Positions 1-4,017 of a DNA stretch of 4,017 bases are shown here, piece by piece. Each line of letters opens with the position of its first letter. The first letter of the stretch is position 1. A program made the translations under genes and the position numbers. Source of the DNA: a virus (taxonomy: Duplodnaviria > Heunggongvirae > Uroviricota > Caudoviricetes); IMG/VR virus record IMGVR_UViG_2695420427_000018; one strand, given 5' to 3'. A model generated the notes under the pieces. It made no database searches, had not been told where the DNA came from, and saw nothing but the letters and a program-made list of their open reading frames with translations.

Positions 1-34
1 CTCCAATGACTAGTCTAAAAACTAGTATTAAGAC

Positions 35-54
35 TATCACTTATTTAAGTGATA
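35..54. promoter_or_regulatory. Perfect inverted repeat TATCACTT-ATTT-AAGTGATA (8-bp arms, 4-bp spacer); candidate distal operator
   Basis: Read directly: 35-42 tatcactt is the reverse complement of 47-54 aagtgata. It shares the TATCAC half-site with the palindrome at 847-861 next to the repressor start. The functional role is inferred. Confidence 0.35.
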
Positions 55-293
55 CTGGTTGTCTGGAGATTCAGGGGGCCAGTCTAGTTGCCAAGATCGA
101 TAGTATTCATGTTGACCCCATTTCCCCTTAACGCCGGGTGGCGGAACGTTTTATCTACTGCGCTTTGTATCAATCAACAACTGCCGTCATGTTCGTATGC
201 CTCAGGCTGGCTACTTAGCCCTGTTCAGTGACTGGATAACTCGAGGTATTGTCCTGCCGTTCTCTGGTGGGGCGTTGTTTGGATATGCTTATT

Positions 294-332
294 AAACACA
301 ATTTGTTTTCTTGTGTCAACACGCAATGTGTT
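294..332. repeat. Cluster of short inverted repeats of the ACACAA/TTGTGT type downstream of the repressor terminator
   Basis: Read directly: acacaa 296-301 pairs with ttgtgt 311-316, and aacac 318-322 pairs with gtgtt 328-332. The same motif family recurs at 869-880 and 893-907 in the divergent promoter region. Confidence 0.3.
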
Positions 333-360
333 TTATGGTGAGTGTCATATGATGATGCTA

Positions 361-385
361 CAAAAAAGCCCGCTGATAGCGGGCT
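361..385 (-). terminator. Rho-independent terminator for the repressor gene
   Basis: GC stem gcccgc 368-373 / gcgggc 379-384 with loop tgata. On the minus-strand transcript the hairpin is followed by a run of six U (plus-strand A run 362-367). It lies about 30 nt downstream of the repressor stop at 416-418. Confidence 0.7.
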
Positions 386-415
386 GATTGGCATATTACT
401 GTGATAGCAAGATCA

Positions 416-835
416 TTATTCCGGTGGGGGATTATCTTTAATCCTGCCTCTCAAATATTTTTCTACATACTCATCGATTTCTTTTAGCCGGACTTCAAAT
501 AGCTCAATCATTCGTTGTTGTTCTGAGCCCGGTAGCTGGTTAAACAACTCAAGAAGTTTTCGTTGGGATTCATTTAACCACAATTCAGAAGATTCCTGTT
601 CTCCAAAGAGGAGCTCAGGAGGAGATATGCCAAGTGCCTTTCCCAATACGACAGCGTCATGTACTCCAACATTTCTGCTGCCCGCCTCATAGTTACCTAT
701 ACGCGATTGCGTCCATCCGCAGATTTCAGCAAGTTTTCCTTGAGATAAACCAAGCTTCTGCCTGCGCTCTTTAAGACGCATTGCAATTTTGTCATTGAGC
801 CTACTAGCGGCAATTTTTTCGTTTTCTTTTTCCAT
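416..835 (-). CDS. racR: Prophage repressor, XRE/cI-type HTH (RacR-like), 139 aa, no peptidase domain
   Basis: Intact 139-aa ORF. The N-terminus has a helix-turn-helix with LGLSQGKLAEICGWTQSRIGNYEAG. AAGGA sits 5 nt upstream of the ATG on the minus strand. It is divergent from a Cro-like gene, the classic cI position. The symbol is by synteny and recall of the Rac prophage; my recalled K-12 length differs, so this may be a related allele. Confidence 0.88.
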   Translation of the reverse strand: MEKENEKIAASRLNDKIAMRLKERRQKLGLSQGKLAEICGWTQSRIGNYEAGSRNVGVHDAVVLGKALGISPPELLFGEQESSELWLNESQRKLLELFNQLPGSEQQRMIELFEVRLKEIDEYVEKYLRGRIKDNPPPE

Positions 836-846
836 TGCATCCTTGT

Positions 847-861
847 ATCACGAATCGTGAT
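847..861. promoter_or_regulatory. Operator candidate: perfect palindrome ATCACGA-A-TCGTGAT
   Basis: Read directly: 7-bp arms 847-853 and 855-861 are reverse complements. It sits immediately upstream of the repressor RBS and start codon, and shares the TATCAC half-site with the site at 35-54. Confidence 0.5.
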
Positions 862-892
862 TTACATAAAACACAAAACAGCTTGGCTATAT

Positions 893-907
893 AACACAAG
901 GTGTGTT
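893..907. promoter_or_regulatory. Operator candidate: palindrome AACACA-AGG-TGTGTT
   Basis: Read directly: 6-bp arms 893-898 and 902-907 are reverse complements. It lies between the putative -35 and the RBS of the Cro-like gene. Confidence 0.4.
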
Positions 908-931
908 TAAAATTGTCATCGGAGGTTTTCA

Positions 932-1174
932 ATGAACAAAATTTCAACATATCGAAAACAGCTTGGGCTGTCTCAAAGACAACTTGCTGTTCAGTTAGGG
1001 TGGATACAAAGCCGACTGGCAAATTACGAAGCAAATTTTCGTACCCCTGGACTAGAGGAGTGCAGAAAAATTGTTTCTACCCTTAATCGGCTTGGCGCTC
1101 ATTGTGGACTTGACGATGTATTCCCCCCAGACGGTAAGCATAGCGAAAACAGCATAGGAGCGGTTGATTCATGA
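932..1174 (+). CDS. ydaS: Cro-like HTH DNA-binding protein (YdaS family), 80 aa
   Basis: GGAGG RBS 921-925 with a 6-nt spacer to ATG 932. The HTH segment LGLSQRQLAVQLGWIQSRLANYEAN has a recognition helix nearly identical to the divergent repressor. An upstream in-frame stop at 908-910 excludes a longer N-terminus. The symbol is by synteny and recall; my recalled K-12 length differs. Confidence 0.85.
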   Translation: MNKISTYRKQLGLSQRQLAVQLGWIQSRLANYEANFRTPGLEECRKIVSTLNRLGAHCGLDDVFPPDGKHSENSIGAVDS

Positions 1175-1593
1175 AAATCAGGCATGAGCACATCGAATCA
1201 GTGTTGTTAGCCCTGGCAGCCGAAAAAGGGCAGGCGTGGGTCGCTAACGCAATTACTGAAGAATATCTGCGCCAGGGGGGCGGCGAATTGCCCCTTGTAC
1301 CAGGCAAGGACTGGAACAATCAGCAGAATATCTATCACCGTTGGTTGAAAGGTGAAACGAAAGCGCAAAGGGAAAAAATTCAGAAACTGATCCCTGCGGT
1401 TCTGGCAATTCTTCCGCGCGAGCTGCGTCACCGACTCTGCATCTTCGATACCCTGGAACGCCGTGCATTACTGGCGGCGCAGGAAGCGTTGAGTACGGCA
1501 ATTGATGCGCATGATGATGCAGTCCAGGCCGTTTACCGGAAAGCGCATTTCAGCGGCGGCGGGTCTTCCGACGATTCTGTCATTGTTCATTAA
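1171..1593 (+). CDS. ydaT: YdaT-family protein (CII-like regulator / putative growth inhibitor), 140 aa
   Basis: 140-aa ORF with AGGAG at 1156-1160 upstream. Its start overlaps the ydaS stop by ATGA (1171-1174), suggesting translational coupling. The sequence closely matches what I recall of Rac prophage YdaT (MKI.HEHIESVL.ALAAEKGQAWVANAITEEYLRQGGGELPLVPGKDWNNQQNIYHRWLKGETKAQREKIQKLIPA). Confidence 0.9.
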   Translation: MKIRHEHIESVLLALAAEKGQAWVANAITEEYLRQGGGELPLVPGKDWNNQQNIYHRWLKGETKAQREKIQKLIPAVLAILPRELRHRLCIFDTLERRALLAAQEALSTAIDAHDDAVQAVYRKAHFSGGGSSDDSVIVH

Positions 1594-1605
1594 GCAAAAG
1601 TTTCC

Positions 1606-2805
1606 ATGCTGTTTGTGCTTATTCTAAGCAACCGGGCAGCATCATACGGGGCAATTATGGCCGCATTACCATACATGCAACTGTACATAGCTGATTACCT
1701 GGCTGACACCATGCATTTGTCAGCAGAGGAGCACGGCGCGTATTTGTTGCTGATGTTCAATTACTGGCAAACAGGAAAGCCAATACCCAAAAACAGGTTG
1801 GCAAAAATTGCCCGTCTGACTAACGAGCGATGGGTTGATGTTGAACCATCCTTGCGGGAGTTTTTTTGTGATAACGGCGACGAATGGATGCATCTTCGGA
1901 TTGAGGAAGATCTGGCATCTGTCAGAGAAAAATTAACCAAAAAATCAGCCGCAGGAAAAGCATCTGTTCAGGCCAGAAGAAGCAGAAAGGAAGCAGATGT
2001 TCAAACAAAACAAGAGAGAAATTTAACAGGTGTTCAAACAGATGTTGGAGTGATGTTCGAACATGATGCCAACACAAAGGCAACTAATAAAGATACAGAT
2101 AAAGATCTAAAAACAGATCTAACCCATCCCAAACCCTTCCCTTCCGGAAGGGAGTTTCGGGATTTTGTGGCTGGAGTGCTTGAGGGGAGATTATCTGGCG
2201 GTACTGCAGCGGAATTTTGTAATTCTGCGGTGGTTGCGTTGCAGGCTGCTGGCCTGGATGTCTGTCGTGAGTATCCGGTGCCAGAGCGTGGTGACGGTTG
2301 CGGAGGGCGGATTGATATCGTCGTGACTGACAGGAACGGTGTCCGGTGTGGGAGCGAGCTTGACCGAAATTCTCCGCGACAGAAATCACTGCTCAAAATC
2401 GGTGCTGTTGAAACCGGGATATGTGTCTTGCGGCGCAGTGATATCGCAAGGCACACCGAGCAGGGAATTCTGGTTATCGGTGGGGCTGTTCGCCAGAAAA
2501 AATTTGACCCGTTGTCAGTTGATCTGCCCGACTGGTTGCCAGAAACACTCTGGCATGAGTGGGTCCAGTTCAGGCAGGCATTGCGAAAACCGATTCGAAC
2601 GGAGCAGGGCGCTAACGGGGCGATACGGGAACTGGAAAAATTCCGTCAGCAGGGTTTTACACCTGAGCAGGTGATTCGACACAGCATCGCCAATGAATAC
2701 CAGGGTCTGTTCGCGCCGAAAGGTGTTCGGCCTGAGACGTTGCTCCGACAGGTTAACACCGTCTCGTTGCCGGACAGTGCGATCCCGCCAGGCTTCAGGG
2801 GGTAA
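1606..2805 (+). CDS. ydaU: Replication initiation/primosome-like protein: DUF1376-type N-terminus, low-complexity linker, ~115-aa central insertion, DnaT-like C-terminus (YdaU-like)
   Basis: Long ORF in operon position before a DnaC-like gene. The N-terminal motif LPYMQLYIADYLADTMHLSAEEHGAYLLLMFNYWQTGKPIPKNRLAKIA is YdaU/DUF1376-like. The C-terminus ...LLRQVNTVSLPDSAIPPGFRG resembles the C-terminal tail of E. coli DnaT as I recall it. The true start is probably ATG 1657 (GGGG at 1647-1650, protein starting MAALPYMQLY) rather than 1606, which has a poor RBS and a hydrophobic junk-like leader. The stop at 2803-2805 is firm. Confidence 0.85.
   Translation: MLFVLILSNRAASYGAIMAALPYMQLYIADYLADTMHLSAEEHGAYLLLMFNYWQTGKPIPKNRLAKIARLTNERWVDVEPSLREFFCDNGDEWMHLRIEEDLASVREKLTKKSAAGKASVQARRSRKEADVQTKQERNLTGVQTDVGVMFEHDANTKATNKDTDKDLKTDLTHPKPFPSGREFRDFVAGVLEGRLSGGTAAEFCNSAVVALQAAGLDVCREYPVPERGDGCGGRIDIVVTDRNGVRCGSELDRNSPRQKSLLKIGAVETGICVLRRSDIARHTEQGILVIGGAVRQKKFDPLSVDLPDWLPETLWHEWVQFRQALRKPIRTEQGANGAIRELEKFRQQGFTPEQVIRHSIANEYQGLFAPKGVRPETLLRQVNTVSLPDSAIPPGFRG
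1996..2063. repeat. Iteron-like direct repeats GrTGTTCrAACA (3 copies plus one partial) inside the linker-coding region; candidate replication origin element
   Basis: Read directly: GATGTTCAAACA 1996-2007, GGTGTTCAAACA 2029-2040, GATGTTCGAACA 2052-2063 (which contains the 10-bp perfect palindrome tgttcgaaca at 2054-2063), and partial gatgttgg 2041-2048. They are followed by an AT-rich tract 2070-2125 with two AGATCT palindromes (2103-2108 and 2115-2120). The origin role is inferred by analogy to lambda ori lying inside gene O. Confidence 0.35.
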
Positions 2806-2811
2806 CAGACC

Positions 2812-3558
2812 ATGAAAAATATTGCGACAGGAGGCGTTCTGGAGCGTATCCGCAGACTGACCCCACCACATGTAACCGCCCCATTCAGAACGGTTGCGGA
2901 GTGGCGCGAGTGGCAACTTGCTGAAGGCCAGAAACGTTGCGAGGAGATCAACCGCCTGAATCGTCAGTTGCGGGTGGAAAAAATCCTGAACCGCTCCGGC
3001 ATCCAGCCGTTGCACCGGAAGTGTTCGTTTGCGAATTACCGGGCGCAGAACGACGGTCAGCGACATGCACTGAGTCAGGCGAAATCCATAGCTGACGAAC
3101 TGATGACAGGCTGTACGAATTTTGTGTTCAGCGGTAAGCCCGGCACCGGAAAAAATCATCTTGCAGACGCGATTGGCAACCGGCTGATGGCGAAGGGGCG
3201 TAGCGTGATTATCGTCACCGTGTCCGATGTCATGAGCGTGTTGCATGAGAGCTACGACAACGGCAAATCCGGTGAAAAATTTTTACAGGAGCTTTGTGGT
3301 GTTGACCTGCTGGTCCTGGATGAAATTGGCATGCAGCGGGATACGAAAAACGAGCAGGTGGTACTGAACCAGATTGTTGATCGCCGGACGGCATCGTTAC
3401 GCGGTGTGGGGATGCTGACAAATATTAACCATGCAGCGATGAATACACTTCTCGGCGAGCGGGTGATGGATCGCATGGTCATGAACGGCGGGCGCTGGGT
3501 GAATTTTAACTGGGAGAGCTGGCGTCCGAATGTTAGCCATTCGAGGGTTGTTAAGTAG
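2812..3558 (+). CDS. ydaV: DnaC-family AAA+ helicase loader (prophage paralog), 248 aa
   Basis: Walker A FSGKPGTGKNHLADAIG (Asn in the P-loop as in E. coli DnaC), Walker B DLLVLDEIG, and DnaC-like segments NRSGIQPLHRKCSFANY, LNQIVDRR, GMLTNIN and LLGERVMDRM. The start at 2812 is 7 nt after the ydaU-like stop. Confidence 0.92.
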   Translation: MKNIATGGVLERIRRLTPPHVTAPFRTVAEWREWQLAEGQKRCEEINRLNRQLRVEKILNRSGIQPLHRKCSFANYRAQNDGQRHALSQAKSIADELMTGCTNFVFSGKPGTGKNHLADAIGNRLMAKGRSVIIVTVSDVMSVLHESYDNGKSGEKFLQELCGVDLLVLDEIGMQRDTKNEQVVLNQIVDRRTASLRGVGMLTNINHAAMNTLLGERVMDRMVMNGGRWVNFNWESWRPNVSHSRVVK

Positions 3559-3572
3559 TTTCAGGAGGATTT

Positions 3573-3989
3573 ATGGCGAAACCTTTTACTCCCGAACAGC
3601 GGGAAGAACTGAAGACGCGAATTGTGGAACTCGTGCATCAGGACGGTCGGGTCACGATTCGGCAGTTGTCAGATGAAACAGGTATCAGTCGTGCGTCTGT
3701 CGGTCGCTTATGCATGGAACTGGTCGCAAGTGGTGATGTATATAATTCTGGCTACGGGGTATTTCCCTCTGAACAGGCTCATAAAGACTGGCAAAACGCC
3801 CGCAAAAAGCTATCGAGGGTAAAGGTGAAGAAACCGGTTGTGGTTGATCCTGACCTTATCTGGTCATTACCAGACGGAGAAATACGCCGCTACGACAGGC
3901 GCCTGAATATAATCTGTCGCGAGTGCCGGAAGAGCGAAGCTATGAGGTGTACTGGCAATAGCGGACACTACCATTTGTTCTTTTTTTAA
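3573..3989 (+). CDS. Small winged-helix (DeoR/MarR-like HTH) protein with C-terminal Cys/His cluster, 138 aa; function unknown
   Basis: Strong RBS AGGAGG 3563-3568 with a 4-nt spacer to ATG 3573. The N-terminus ELKTRIVELVHQDGRVTIRQLSDETGISRASVGRLCMELVASGDV looks like a winged-helix HTH. The C-terminus CRECRKSEAMRCTGNSGHYH has a C-x2-C-x7-C-x6-H-x-H arrangement. The ORF ends in LFFF at a T-run (3978-3987), so the C-terminus may be non-native. It may correspond to the ydaW position of Rac but I cannot confirm. Confidence 0.65.
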   Translation: MAKPFTPEQREELKTRIVELVHQDGRVTIRQLSDETGISRASVGRLCMELVASGDVYNSGYGVFPSEQAHKDWQNARKKLSRVKVKKPVVVDPDLIWSLPDGEIRRYDRRLNIICRECRKSEAMRCTGNSGHYHLFFF

Positions 3990-4017
3990 GCAGCCATCTG
4001 ATGATATTTTTCCCTGA

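Larger units (their letters stand above)
836..931. promoter_or_regulatory. Divergent promoter/operator region between repressor and Cro-like gene
   Basis: 96-bp AT-rich intergenic region between divergent starts. It contains two perfect palindromes (847-861 and 893-907), candidate -35/-10 hexamers on both strands (for example tttaca 861-866 and taaaat 908-913 on plus) and a GGAGG RBS at 921-925 for the rightward gene. Exact promoter hexamers are uncertain. Confidence 0.6.

Noticed and set aside
9-26. Repeated ACTAGT hexamers (9-14 and 21-26) as a possible attachment site or terminal repeat
   Set aside because: They are too short and the hexamer is itself palindromic, so they are expected by chance in AT-rich DNA. 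There is no flanking integrase or tRNA to support an att site.
349-387. 12-codon ORF ATGATGATGCTACAAAAAAGCCCGCTGATAGCGGGCTGA
   Set aside because: It is composed largely of the terminator hairpin sequence and has no RBS. Its coding appearance is incidental.
1-415. A tRNA, tmRNA or CRISPR repeat in the non-coding left region
   Set aside because: I could not trace a cloverleaf (no acceptor stem with a T-loop GTTC context and no CCA-adjacent pairing), and no repeat-spacer periodicity is present.
804-1501. ORFs 804-1034 (-), 901-1086 (+), 1083-1319 (-), 1207-1431 (-), 1253-1501 (-)
   Set aside because: They overlap the repressor start, the operator region or the ydaS/ydaT genes. The HTH-containing frames are the credible ones, and these alternatives would run through the promoter or RBS elements.
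1606-1656. The first 17 codons of the ydaU-like ORF (MLFVLILSNRAASYGAI) as the true N-terminus
   Set aside because: There is no Shine-Dalgarno before ATG 1606 and the peptide is hydrophobic and junk-like. ATG 1657 has a G-rich RBS and yields the conserved LPYMQLYIADYLADT start. The 1606 coordinate is kept in the feature only as the maximal ORF.
2034-2951. Other internal or antisense ORFs (2034-2456 -, 2084-2389 -, 2339-2674 +, 2646-2951 -)
   Set aside because: They overlap the ydaU-like gene in other frames or on the other strand, with low-complexity translations and no start context. Treated as spurious.
2515-3246. 243-aa ORF on the minus strand, antisense to the ydaU-like 3' end and ydaV-like 5' end
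   Set aside because: It lies entirely inside two strongly supported plus-strand genes with recognisable DnaT/DnaC motifs. Its translation is R/L/P/Q-rich with no recognisable motifs and no RBS, as expected for an antisense artefact in GC-rich coding DNA.
3230-3822. ORFs 3230-3421 (-), 3252-3482 (-), 3622-3822 (+)
   Set aside because: They are embedded in the DnaC-like gene or the winged-helix gene in alternative frames with no motifs. Spurious.

Overview
This window looks like the immunity and replication core of a lambdoid, Rac-like prophage from an enterobacterial genome. A leftward cI-like XRE repressor (racR-like, 416-835) ends in its own rho-independent terminator. A 96-bp divergent promoter/operator region with perfect palindromes separates it from a rightward operon. 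That operon encodes a Cro-like HTH protein (ydaS-like), a YdaT-family CII-like protein overlapping it by ATGA, a replication protein with a DnaT-like C-terminus and a GC-rich central insertion (ydaU-like), a DnaC-family helicase loader (ydaV-like), and a small winged-helix protein with a C-terminal Cys/His cluster. The most unusual items are the central insertion in the replication protein and iteron-like repeats inside its linker. I see no rRNA, tRNA, CRISPR array or transposase. All family assignments come from recalled motifs and recalled reference sequences, not from a database search, so names and percent identities are unverified.
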